Shown here piece by piece: positions 1 to 9,800 of a stretch of 64,000 bases of DNA; the first letter of the stretch is position 1; each line of letters starts with the position of its first letter. The position numbers and the translations under genes are program-made. Under the pieces are notes generated by a model. It had not been told where the DNA came from. It did not search any database and worked only from the letters and a program-made list of their open reading frames with translations. Source of the DNA: a virus; IMG/VR virus record IMGVR_UViG_3300032163_000003, positions 32,001-96,000 of that record. One strand, written 5' to 3'.

Positions 1-1199
1 GGAGACGGATTCTGGTACGCAGTAGGATCAACAGTACTGGTTGGTGTTCCTGGTGCTGTAACAATATCTTCGTCTGAAGGTATTCCTCTAGATGTTGAAG
101 TTACATTTGGTGCTCCTGGTTGGGGGCCATACATTTTTGGCGCTACAGTTCTTTCTCCCAACTGGTCTATATAGTCTCCAACTGATGGAACACTGGTAGA
201 GGTCCTCCGTCCCAACATAACAGAATGCAGCGGTTGGAACTCTAATCTGACATCAATCATGCTAGGTCTATTATTCCATGACATTTGGTTTTCGGGACCA
301 GGTTGTACTGTGATCCCTATGCATGATGCCATCTTCCACTTAAACAGTCCGGGACTCCAAATTTGATGAATATAAGGCCAACGATATAGATTATCTTGGT
401 CAGATAGTGGTGCTCCAAGCATTAAAAGTACAGTTAATGGTTCAATGATGTACTTATTGTAACATACATCACTAGCCTGATTTGGGTTATATAACCTTAC
501 CGGAATTGAGACCGGACCAGAGAATCCACTACCCATCCACACTTTAGGGAAATCAACTCTAGCACCAGTTAACATTTGACCTACTACACTTAACCCAGTA
601 CTGACCATGTTTCTTACACCTTGTTGTGTATTAGTTGGTAATTTATCTATTGCTTTTTCACCAAGACCTGCTATTCCTTTTATCAAATCGCCAATTTTTC
701 CGCTTGCCCATTCTCCTGCTCCTTTTCCCCTTTGTCCGGCAACCGCTCCCCCCAACTGTCCTGGGAGTTTTTGTGCTAAGCTTCCAAGACTAGTAGAACC
801 TGACATTTGGGCTAACTGTCCAAGTAGAGGTCCTCCAACTGATGTAATACTCTCTAAGAAACTAGCACCATAATCATTAGATAACTGAATGCCTGGAATA
901 GCTTCAGGAAGGAATGCAATAGGAATAGCATTAGAGTCTGTTTTTAACAAAATATCATAATCATTCATTAACATATCTTGAAATTCACCTAGTTTATCAT
1001 CAAAATGAAAAACATCTAAACCAGCAACAAATTGTCCTTGACCAGGTATAAGATACATAAGGGGAATGGATCCCTTTAAAACTTCATTAGAGAAATACAG
1101 TTCAACAGGAGGAAACCCAATTGGTAATCTAGTTGCTGTACTCTCTCCGGAAGATAGTGGATATCCCGGGGTTTTTGCTGCTTTAGCTGGATCTGCCAT
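1..1199 (-). CDS. Partial ORF running off the window edge; putative baseplate/tail-tube-junction structural protein
   Basis: Manual translation from ATG 1199 (SD AAGGAG): MADPAKAAKTPGYPLSSGE...GARVDFPKVWMGSGFSGPVSIPVRLYNP...RPSMIDVRLEFQPL. Absent from the ORF track because it is truncated. Function inferred from remembered resemblance and late-region position. Confidence 0.5.
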   Translation of the reverse strand, partial: MADPAKAAKTPGYPLSSGESTATRLPIGFPPVELYFSNEVLKGSIPLMYLIPGQGQFVAGLDVFHFDDKLGEFQDMLMNDYDILLKTDSNAIPIAFLPEAIPGIQLSNDYGASFLESITSVGGPLLGQLAQMSGSTSLGSLAQKLPGQLGGAVAGQRGKGAGEWASGKIGDLIKGIAGLGEKAIDKLPTNTQQGVRNMVSTGLSVVGQMLTGARVDFPKVWMGSGFSGPVSIPVRLYNPNQASDVCYNKYIIEPLTVLLMLGAPLSDQDNLYRWPYIHQIWSPGLFKWKMASCIGITVQPGPENQMSWNNRPSMIDVRLEFQPLHSVMLGRRTSTSVPSVGDYIDQLGERTVAPKMYGPQPGAPNVTSTSRGIPSDEDIVTAPGTPTSTVDPTAYQNPS

Positions 1200-1280
1200 T
1201 TATGTCTCCTTACTTAAAATTGCTCTAAAGTGAATTTTGTTTGTTTAAGCCTTAAAATCACTATGAATGGATTTGTGTTT

Positions 1281-1450
1281 GAACCCCAGTTCCGTGGACT
1301 TTGAAAATACACGATTGTGCGTGTATCCGGTTATGTGACCGGTCATGTGAAGGTACTAGTAGCACCGTTGTCCTGACAGTCTGACAAAACTGTCCTTTTG
1401 GTACGGTGGTGGTGTTTTTTACTTCGCCATCCCCGATCGTCCGATACCGA
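1281..1450. ncRNA. Candidate structured non-coding RNA
   Basis: GC-rich intergenic island with hairpins ATACACG/CGTGTAT, CCGGTT/GACCGG, and CACCGT/ACGGTG enclosing GACAGT/ACTGTC. Confidence 0.35.
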
Positions 1451-1472
1451 GATTTTTTACAAAAAAAATTTT

Positions 1473-1729
1473 TCAGTTTGAAACTGTTTCTTTTAACTTC
1501 GTTATTTCATCTCTAGCAGTAGATATCTCGTCATCCCAATGTCTCCGACAACTTTTTAAATCTGAATACTCATGCCCCCATTCTTTACCTTGTTTTACAA
1601 GTCTTGGACAATTCTTCTTTGCAATCTCACATTTCTTTATAAACCCTGTAAACGCTGAATCCGTTCTTTAGGGTCAGACTTGAAAAAGCCTTCTGTAAGT
1701 CCCTCTACTAGTCTATAAAATGAGAACAT
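1473..1729 (-). CDS. MFSFY-leader protein; 30-aa ORF extended to about 85 aa by a -1 frameshift at G GGT TTA
   Basis: ATG 1729 gives MFSFYRLVEGLTEGFFKSDPKERIQRLQGL* (stop 1639-1637); the -1 frame stays open to TGA at 1475-1473. Confidence 0.55.
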
Positions 1730-1732
1730 ATC

Positions 1733-2233
1733 TTATTCCTCTGTCTTAGCTGCTTTCTGGACCTTTTGTCTTTGTAATGCAAGGACTCTAATTGTTCTAA
1801 AAAAATTCTTCTTTGTTACTGGATCTTTAATTTCTGTTCCTGATTTTGCTAATCGTTTTATTGATGGACGTAAACTGGGATCTAGATAAAATTCGTCTAA
1901 TTGATCTGTTCTTTTTAATCCTTCTACTTTAGCTGCTTGCTGCGCAGCTGCTTTATTCTTTTGTGCTACCTCTCTAGAAGCTCTATATACTCCTGATAAA
2001 AAAGACGAAGCTCGTTTGCCACTAAGGGGGGTTGATCCTTTGAATACTTCTTTAACTCTCCCTGGATCTCGCATTCTAGCTCTAGCTTCCCATGACCTCT
2101 TTGTTTCTTTTTTGGCTTTTCTTAATGGAAAAAATACACTGGGTTTAAGTTTAGTCATTGTACTTATACCTTTTTCCCATTTGTATTCATTTAACTGATC
2201 TAACGTTTCTACTAGTCTATAGAATGAAAACAT
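1733..2233 (-). CDS. MFSFY-leader basic protein (putative internal head protein)
   Basis: N-terminus MFSFYRLVETLDQLNE, Lys/Arg-rich body. Confidence 0.65.
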   Translation of the reverse strand: MFSFYRLVETLDQLNEYKWEKGISTMTKLKPSVFFPLRKAKKETKRSWEARARMRDPGRVKEVFKGSTPLSGKRASSFLSGVYRASREVAQKNKAAAQQAAKVEGLKRTDQLDEFYLDPSLRPSIKRLAKSGTEIKDPVTKKNFFRTIRVLALQRQKVQKAAKTEE

Positions 2234-2235
2234 GA

Positions 2236-2451
2236 TTATGTCTCCTTACTTGATTTCATATGTGAATAATCTTTTAAGTATCTTGGATCTTTCCACATGC
2301 AAGTATCACAAACTATTATCTCACCAGAATTTGCATAGTTACCCCAGGGTTCACCAGTTGGCCCAACTGCATAAAATCCGGCCGTGGCTGTTTCGGTTCT
2401 AATTCCATCTATCATTTTTCCACATCGGTCGCACTTGACGGTTACTTTCAT
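2236..2451 (-). CDS. Small zinc-binding hypothetical protein
   Basis: CDRC...CDTC; tight gene packing. Confidence 0.6.
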   Translation of the reverse strand: MKVTVKCDRCGKMIDGIRTETATAGFYAVGPTGEPWGNYANSGEIIVCDTCMWKDPRYLKDYSHMKSSKET

Positions 2452-2693
2452 TAGAGTCTATTCCTTCTTCTATCATTACATATTATACCAGTTGAACTAA
2501 CATTAATATCTATATTAATAACTTTACCAAATAATCTTTCTAACCAGTCTAACTTTCCGTTTCCACCACATACATGACATAAATAGGGAATTTTTAATTC
2601 CCCGGTAAATTCGGTTCCTATCCCTTCACACTTTGGACATATGATGTCGGTCTTTTGGAGGTCTTCTTTTTGAACTCCAAGTTTACCGTTCAT
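2451..2693 (-). CDS. DnaJ-type zinc-finger family protein (CxxCxGxG...CxxCxGxGxxDW)
   Basis: CPKCEGIG...CHVCGGNGKLDWLERLFG. Confidence 0.7.
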   Translation of the reverse strand: MNGKLGVQKEDLQKTDIICPKCEGIGTEFTGELKIPYLCHVCGGNGKLDWLERLFGKVINIDINVSSTGIICNDRRRNRL

Positions 2694-2914
2694 TCTTCTA
2701 CTGGTCCTGCTAAATTCTTTTCTGCAGGTTCAGGTTCTGGCTCTTTAGTCTTTACTAGAGATAGTATTTTCTTCTTCCCTGGATTTTCTGGAGGATTGAT
2801 AGCTCCCGCTGCTGAAACTCCACTACTTGTTGGAAGTCCAGCAACTCCTGCGTCCCCTCCTGCGTCTTCATATAGTTTACCTAACGCTTCTACTAGTCTA
2901 TAAAATGAAAACAT
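2690..2914 (-). CDS. MFSFY-leader protein
   Basis: MFSFYRLVEALGKLYE. Confidence 0.65.
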   Translation of the reverse strand: MFSFYRLVEALGKLYEDAGGDAGVAGLPTSSGVSAAGAINPPENPGKKKILSLVKTKEPEPEPAEKNLAGPVEE

Positions 2915-2942
2915 ATCTTAATCTCCAATTGTTTTGTCTATG

Positions 2943-3335
2943 TTAAAATTTTAGAAGTGGGCCAGTCTTTATCTGTATGTCTGGTACTATGTTAACTAAA
3001 GTAGCAACTAAATATCTTGTGCTCTTGGTTCGTTCAGAGTTTTCCATCAGAATGGTACCTTCTAGTATTTTAAATTCGGATCCTTTGAAACTAAGAAGTC
3101 CCATGCTAAAACTTGTAACGTCATTTTTGTTTTCGTCTGTTAGCGTTACGACAAGATTTCCCTTTATGGGAATGTCAGTTTCATTCTGTATAGTTACTTT
3201 CCATTCTAATATACATCCGTCAGAACTACATGCAGCAGATAGTACTGCTGGAGTTATACTTACTTGACCATGTACTGCTGGAGCTATGAGTAATAGACTT
3301 AAGACTATTAACAATACTGCTAAGAATTTTTTCAT
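2943..3335 (-). CDS. Signal-peptide-bearing exported protein
   Basis: MKK, hydrophobic stretch, VHG cleavage-like site; SD AGGAG. Confidence 0.65.
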   Translation of the reverse strand: MKKFLAVLLIVLSLLLIAPAVHGQVSITPAVLSAACSSDGCILEWKVTIQNETDIPIKGNLVVTLTDENKNDVTSFSMGLLSFKGSEFKILEGTILMENSERTKSTRYLVATLVNIVPDIQIKTGPLLKF

Positions 3336-3346
3336 TTATATCTCCT

Positions 3347-3568
3347 CTATACTTCTGCTTCGTCTTTCTTCTCTACATAGCAAGGACAATTATGTTGCCT
3401 ATTTTTCTCGTTATTAAAATAGACACATCTACCAGCTTCTGAGACTCCTGCTTGTTTACACCCCGGAATACATAAGTTATCTTTCTTTTTCCATTTGGAA
3501 CAGACCTTACCATTTCCACAATAATCTTCTTGTTCTAATACTTCAAGTAATTTATAGAATGAAAACAT
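3347..3568 (-). CDS. MFSFY-leader Cys-rich protein
   Basis: MFSFYKLLEVLEQE followed by 7 Cys. Confidence 0.65.
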   Translation of the reverse strand: MFSFYKLLEVLEQEDYCGNGKVCSKWKKKDNLCIPGCKQAGVSEAGRCVYFNNEKNRQHNCPCYVEKKDEAEV

Positions 3569-3583
3569 GAGATTTAATCTCCT

Positions 3584-3782
3584 TTATTTATCACACTCTT
3601 TGCAATCTAACTCACTAGCGCCGATACCTGTAGTTCTGAATTCTTCTATGTGTCCACACTCAAGAGTTGTTTCTACTATGTGATATATTGTATGATGAAC
3701 TTCATTGCTTAGATAACCCGAACATCCCTGTGGGTCTGTCCATGTTCTATCTGTATGTTTATAAGATATAACTTTTCTAATC
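3584..3782 (-). CDS. Small hypothetical zinc-binding protein (probable start near MIRKV; start coordinate approximate)
   Basis: LECGH...CKEC; the longer ORF call overlaps the upstream gene. Confidence 0.45.
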
Positions 3783-3794
3783 ATTATTTTATTT

Positions 3795-4064
3795 CTATTC
3801 CTCTTCTGCTGGTTCCGCTTGCATTTTAAATCTTGACATTGCGGAAGATACTTTTTGTTTAGCATGTTGCGCTGCTTTGAAAGCGTTTACATATAATTGT
3901 TTATCTAGAGGAACTTTTGATTTCATATATGCTTTTCTACGTACTATCGCTGTTGCTATCTTATCTTTCCATGAAGAAAGAGATGGATTGTTTGAGCTTA
4001 AATTTCGATTCCATACCGCTTCTAGTAATTCTAGTTCTTCTATTAATTGGTAGAAACTAAACAT
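3795..4064 (-). CDS. MFSFY-leader protein
   Basis: MFSFYQLIEELELLE. Confidence 0.65.
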   Translation of the reverse strand: MFSFYQLIEELELLEAVWNRNLSSNNPSLSSWKDKIATAIVRRKAYMKSKVPLDKQLYVNAFKAAQHAKQKVSSAMSRFKMQAEPAEEE

Positions 4065-4357
4065 TACTTTCTATCTCCTTACATGCCCTACATTTAAGTC
4101 CTGGAATTACGCACCTTTTGAAAGTAATTCCTAAAATGAAGTCTAGTAAACAATATGTTATACCTAGATAGATTAGAATTTCCATTTTCTTAGATCTCCT
4201 ATGTGAACGTGAACCTACGGTGCTTGCGATCCTGCTTTAAAGATAATACACTTACCTACAATCTAGTCCACACCCACATGAACCAGCCCGAGTGAAAATC
4301 CTTAAAAGGATTTTCTTTATCCACACTTTTAGTTTAACAAAAAATACTTTCATATTT

Positions 4358-4918
4358 TTATTTCCGTATCTTTGAACCTTTATATTTTTCCGACGTTAAC
4401 TCTCTATATCTTTCTCTTAGTTCTAGAATTTTTTCCTCTGATGTGTCTACACAGTTCTGTCTGAGGAAAGCGCGTTCTTTACTAATTTTTGTATAACAAT
4501 TCTGAATTCGTTTTCTTAGAAGTCCTATTTGTACTTCTATTGCTTGCAACTTTAGTTTCTTTCTACATTCAAATCCTTCTACTCCTGTTTTAGAAAAACA
4601 TGTTTCTTTTTCTTTAGCTTCGAAATGAGCAGCTACCGCTCCTATAATAGCAGCAATTGTTATAATTCCTAACACTCCTAATGTACTTACTTTTTGTTTT
4701 TTCTTTCCTTCTAAAACATATGGAATAAAAGTTTCTTCAACTTCTTCGGGGTTTTCCGATTGTAGAATCATAGGTTCCTTATCTTTAGACTGTAGTATCG
4801 GTGCATTCGGAGCTATCTTAACTATTTTTGGATCTCTAACTTGTGGAGCTTCAGTTCTATCTAACTCAATAAGTTTTATAATTCTACTTATTCTCATTCT
4901 ACTGTCCTCCGACAACAC
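4358..4918 (-). CDS. Hypothetical virion-associated protein
   Basis: Acidic N-terminal part ending VLE, hydrophobic segment, Cys-spaced helical C-terminus resembling neighbours. Confidence 0.5.
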   Translation of the reverse strand: MLSEDSRMRISRIIKLIELDRTEAPQVRDPKIVKIAPNAPILQSKDKEPMILQSENPEEVEETFIPYVLEGKKKQKVSTLGVLGIITIAAIIGAVAAHFEAKEKETCFSKTGVEGFECRKKLKLQAIEVQIGLLRKRIQNCYTKISKERAFLRQNCVDTSEEKILELRERYRELTSEKYKGSKIRK

Positions 4919-5336
4919 TTACTTGTGACTTTTCTTTAACTTTTCTTGGGCTGCTCCACGGGGAAGTATTGATTATACCTTTTAGCTTATCTGACGCTAA
5001 AGTCTTTCCCGAGGAGTTTGGGGTTTTATCTCCCATATTGAATGAGTTTACGTTCTGAACTTCAGACACCTTCTTTTTCTTTGTTGCTTTATACGAATGC
5101 TGCATTATTGTAGCTTTTCGATTAAAACAATCGACCACGCATTTTTCCCACTCTTTTCTATCCAAGATACGAGAACACTCTGATTTACAAAACATCATCG
5201 CGTCACGTTCTTTCCCTTTTTTTATGAGATGACGTAATCCTAAAACACCAGCGATAGCTGCAATAGTTGGAGTAGCAAATAGTTCCTGCAGTTCTTGTTC
5301 TTCCAAATATTCTATTAATTGATAGAATGAAAACAT
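4899..5336 (-). CDS. MFSFY-leader protein (true start 5336)
   Basis: Internal MFSFYQLIEYLEEQELQE in ORF 4899..5453; the upstream extension overlaps the next gene. Confidence 0.65.
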   Translation of the reverse strand: MFSFYQLIEYLEEQELQELFATPTIAAIAGVLGLRHLIKKGKERDAMMFCKSECSRILDRKEWEKCVVDCFNRKATIMQHSYKATKKKKVSEVQNVNSFNMGDKTPNSSGKTLASDKLKGIINTSPWSSPRKVKEKSQVSVVGGQ

Positions 5337-5340
5337 GAAG

Positions 5341-5823
5341 TTATTCCTTATGTTGTTTCCAGGATTTAATTCCTGGTCCACCCAAGTTCTTAGTTGGTGC
5401 TCTGAATTTACCAGACCATTTATTCTTAATCCAATTATAACCTCTTGCTGCAATATTCGCGGCGTTTAACTTTTCATCCAACGACTGGAGATATTCGTCT
5501 AGTTGTGTAGTTTTTAGGAATTCTTGTTTATTTGTTTTTGAACTTTCTTCTACATTTTCTTCGTCTTTATCTTCTCTCTCGTAAGGCCTGAATGGATATC
5601 TTACCGCATTAACTGCGCCTTTTGCCACACCCTTAACTGCTCTGTATGCTCCGTATAATCCACCCGCTGCTAAGCCAGCAGTTCCTAAAGCACCAAGTCC
5701 TGCCACTTTTGCAGTTTTTTTAGCCGCGCTTTTTATTGCGGGAGCTGGTGGAACATATATTCCTTCCTCTTTCAGTAATAAGTCAAGGTCTCCTAAGAAC
5801 TGATAAAAGCTAAATCGTTTCAT
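5341..5823 (-). CDS. MFSFY-like leader protein
   Basis: MKRFSFYQFLGDLDLLLKEE; Gly/Ala-rich segment; internal FLKTTQLDEY motif. Confidence 0.6.
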   Translation of the reverse strand: MKRFSFYQFLGDLDLLLKEEGIYVPPAPAIKSAAKKTAKVAGLGALGTAGLAAGGLYGAYRAVKGVAKGAVNAVRYPFRPYEREDKDEENVEESSKTNKQEFLKTTQLDEYLQSLDEKLNAANIAARGYNWIKNKWSGKFRAPTKNLGGPGIKSWKQHKE

Positions 5824-6482
5824 ATATTTCCTCCTAGAATAACTTTTTGAATATCTCTTTTTACTTGATCTTTAGTTGGAAACTTATCGAACATTGTATA
5901 TCTTATAAATTTCCACCCATCTTCTTCAATTTCTTTTTGTCTTTTCTTGTGGTGTTCTTTGTGTTTCTCTGTATCAAAATGATACCAACCGTCAAATTCT
6001 ATAACTATTTTATGTTTAGACAAAGCGTTGTCAACTTCATAATCTTTATTTTCTAAAACTTTGTATGTATGTTCTGAAATTGGAAATAATTCTTTTACAA
6101 TTCCTCTAAGTTTAAGTTCTTGTTTTGATGGATTTTTGATTTGTTTTCTAGCTTTTCTAAGATTTTCTTTAACTTTCTCATTTCCTTTCATTTTTACTGA
6201 AACTTTTTCTGCTGCTCTTCTTCGCCCTTCATCATTCTCTTTAGTTCTACCGGTTATTTTTTCCGCTGCTCTTTCTCGAACCTTTTCAGTTTGAAAACTA
6301 AGAGCGTGAACTGCTCCTCCGTTTCTCATGTATTCTGCTTGTCTTTTAACGCTTTCATCATTCTCTTTTGTTTTTCCTCTTCTATTATGTCCAAGTATAA
6401 ATTTATTTCCTTCTTTAGTCACTTCTAATTCACATACTCCACAAGCACATAATTTCATTGATAATCTTCCTTCTTCATTCAT
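5820..6482 (-). CDS. Putative homing endonuclease, Vsr/DUF559-like nuclease with GRTKEN repeats
   Basis: C-terminal EVDNAL...IEFDGWYHF...GWKFIRY. Confidence 0.75.
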   Translation of the reverse strand: MNEEGRLSMKLCACGVCELEVTKEGNKFILGHNRRGKTKENDESVKRQAEYMRNGGAVHALSFQTEKVRERAAEKITGRTKENDEGRRRAAEKVSVKMKGNEKVKENLRKARKQIKNPSKQELKLRGIVKELFPISEHTYKVLENKDYEVDNALSKHKIVIEFDGWYHFDTEKHKEHHKKRQKEIEEDGWKFIRYTMFDKFPTKDQVKRDIQKVILGGNI

Positions 6483-6885
6483 AATTTGATTTAACCCTCC
6501 CAGTTCCTGAAACTGATTTAGACTGGTTCTCCCAGTTAGATCTGTTCATTCTAAATGTTTTAAAGTCACCAAACTTTTTATTTAACTTAACTATTTCTTT
6601 AGTCTTTCCTGAAAATCTTGGAGATTGTTCTTTACCTATTGTCGAAGGAAGTGGACGAATAGGACTTGCAGATTCACTTTCAACTGCGTCTCCAGTTTGT
6701 AATCTATTTGATCTTTCTGAATCAACATTTGACATAAACTTATTTAGTTTTAATTGCGCGCCAACTTTCTTCTTTCCGCTTAGATAGACCTCGTATTCAT
6801 CAAGTCTAGTAATTCTTAAGAACTGTTCCTTTGTCATATATAATTTGTTCCGTTTTGTGACAAGATCTGATTTAAATATTACCAC
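6475..6885 (-). CDS. Hypothetical basic protein with FLRITRLDEY motif
   Basis: Motif shared with two MFSFY-leader proteins. Confidence 0.5.
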   Translation of the reverse strand: MVIFKSDLVTKRNKLYMTKEQFLRITRLDEYEVYLSGKKKVGAQLKLNKFMSNVDSERSNRLQTGDAVESESASPIRPLPSTIGKEQSPRFSGKTKEIVKLNKKFGDFKTFRMNRSNWENQSKSVSGTGRVKSNYE

Positions 6886-9800
6886 TTAAAATTGCAGCGA
6901 TTTCAGGATCAAAAGATCCTTGTCCGCTTTGTCTTCCACCCCCACCGCCCTGTTGATTGCTTTGCATATTTGTGATTACGTTAGAGTTAGAAATTATCGC
7001 TGCGTTTACTCCTTTGAGACCTTTATCTATAGCTCCAACCATTGGGTTCATTGCTTTACTCATTCCATTGATTCCCATCATAGCATTTTCTACTTCTCCA
7101 TCAATCAAGTCTTTTCTTTTGTAAGGAACATTGAATTGTTTAGGATCTCCAACTTGTGGTTTCATTTGCAAATGCCATGGCTCATTTCCCATTGGCTGAT
7201 AAAATCCATACTTCTCCATCAGACCTTCTTTTTTCAAACCATAAGCATCTCCACTATTAATGTCTAACGCCAATCCTTTTCCGTGAGGAGATTTTCCTGG
7301 AGGAGCAGCGTATGGGTTAGTTTTGTACAACTCAGCTTGTTTTGCTGGAGACCTGTAGGCGGAGTTTAATTGAATCTCTTTTCCTGTTCCTTTCTTATAT
7401 TCTTCTGCCATCAAAGAGAAGTTTTTCCAAATTGGTTCTTGAACTCCACTTATATCAACATCAGGCATTTTCTTGATTCCAACTAAAGATCCAAGTCGTT
7501 CCCCAATCGTAGTAGCTCCAGAAACTATAGATTTTCCTATATCTGTTATTCCTACTTTTTCAGCTACTCTTTGAGCAAATCCAGTAGCTCCAGTTGCTGC
7601 TTGACCAATAGCCCCAGCGGCTTTTCCTAGTAAACTTTCTTTTTGATATTCTAGTTGGATTATTTTTCCTACGTCTGCGAAACCCTCTTTAATCGCTTCT
7701 CGAATAGTAATAGCTAAGTGAGATTCACTGCTTGCTGATTTACCAACACCATCCCCTACTTCTTTTATTTGACCATACTTTCTTGGTCCATATCCCGGAT
7801 CTCCAACTCCTCCCATTTGCATATATTTTTCATATTCCGCTTGCCCAGCACCAGGAGTAGTTTCTGGAGCTTTTTCCGGTCCACCTGTAACTTTCTCAAC
7901 AGCCCATCCAATCGCTTTTACAAGAGGATTCTTTTTAACTAAATCAACTATCCAATCTTTTGCTTTAACTGCTAAGTCCCACATAAAGTCAACTGGATAT
8001 AGAACCAAATCTTTTATCGCTATAGCCTTTTCTTTAACATAACCAACTACAGAATCTATAGATTTCGAAATTGTTTTACTAGCAGATTCAACTATATCAA
8101 AAACTAAGTCTCCGAGCCATCCAGGTCCTTTATATTTTCCTCCTGAAATCCACTCACCAAACATTCCAAATAATTCACCAACAAGAGTTTTTTCCCCTCG
8201 AAAAGCTTGTATCATTTCATAAACACCAAACGCAGCTGCTCCTACTGCAGCTCCCATTGGTAACATTCTTAATAAAGCACCACCCGCTTTACCCAGTCCT
8301 TTTAGCCCCAACCCACCAAGGGCTTTTAAGTATCTTAGAGGATTTAACTTTGTCATAAGACTCTTTACCCAACCACCGATTGCTCCAACAGTCATCAGCA
8401 AGTAGTCAGATATACTTTTAGTTCCTTTTTTAAGTATGTCTATAATTTTAGCTGTATCCTCTTTAATTGTTGCTACTATCTTTGAGGTAGGTTTTGCGAT
8501 ACCTATTATTTGTTTAGTTTGGTCTTTTGAAAGCTTTCCAAAATATCTTGAAATAAATCTAGCTGCTTTTCCTGATATTTCGGAAATAATTATCTTAGTT
8601 TCTAACTCCTTTTTTTCTCCTTCTTTGACTCCCATTCCAGCTTTTGCTGCTGCAAAAGGAATCTTGTAGTCTTTATAAGTCTTATCTTCTTTTACTTTAC
8701 CATGTTTTCCACCAAACAAAATTCTTTTTATGTTTTTTGGTCTTAAAGCTCCTAATCCTCCAACACCTCCAGCTTCCACTTCTCCAGCTCCAACCCCAGC
8801 GAAACCTAACATTGTTTCCCACGCTTTTTGAACTATGTCAGAAAAGAATCCACCACCCATTCCACCAACGGTAACTTTCTCTCTCTTCTTTTTAGCAGCT
8901 TTTTGACTAGGCGATTCCCAACCACCTTCTTCTGGAGCACCACCAAAACCAAGCATTCTTTTTATCTTATCAAACATTCCTTCTTCTTTTTTACCTGCCG
9001 GTTTCCACCAACGCTTGACTCCTCTAGCTCCAAGTCTTATTTTTTGAATTCCGGTTGCTTCCATCTTTTCTCTTGGTTCTCTAAATCGTTCCTGTTTTAT
9101 ATCAAGACCCATTCCAATAGCTTTTAGAGAAGAAAGTATGTGATCATATTTATGCATGAAGTCAGCATAAATCATTCCCAATGTAGTAGCAATATTTCCT
9201 AGAACGTTTGGACCTTTTGGAACTTTAGCTTTGTATTTGCTTTGAGTAGAGAATAACCACTTTAAAGGTTTAGCCATCCAATCGCTAATTTTTATAAATG
9301 TTTTGAACATAGGGATTTCTTTAAACATATCCCGTATCATGCCATATATTCCCCCCGGTTCTCCTTCCACATTCGGTTCAGAAATCGTTGTTAATTGTTC
9401 TCGAATTGCTCCTAACTCAGTCGTTACTGGTTTAATTGACCGTTTAAACATTAGGTTAAATTCTCTAAACAATTTTTGAGAAGGAACTACAACTTCTGCT
9501 GCATGCACTTGAGCTAGTCCTGTCTTTGCTACATATCCGCCTTTCTGTAGTTTTGGAATTCTTGTGTTTTCTCTAGCAGATTGACCAGCTCTAAACATTG
9601 ACTTAAACTTAGATCCAACCACACTAGCGGCGTCACTAAGTTTATTTTTAATTGCGTCACTAAATTTTCTGAAAACACCAGTTTCCATGAATTTAGCGGC
9701 GAAGTATCCAAATATAGGAGTAGCTCGACTCAGCGCCATTGCGACGGTATTTGGCGCGCTGATATTTAATTCTCTTTGTAAAATGTTTTTATAATTTTGG

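Noticed and set aside
1700-5340. CRISPR array or DGR repeats suggested by the recurring 27-bp sequence
   Set aside because: Copies are hundreds of bases apart, coincide with start codons and vary at synonymous positions; no cas or reverse transcriptase gene seen
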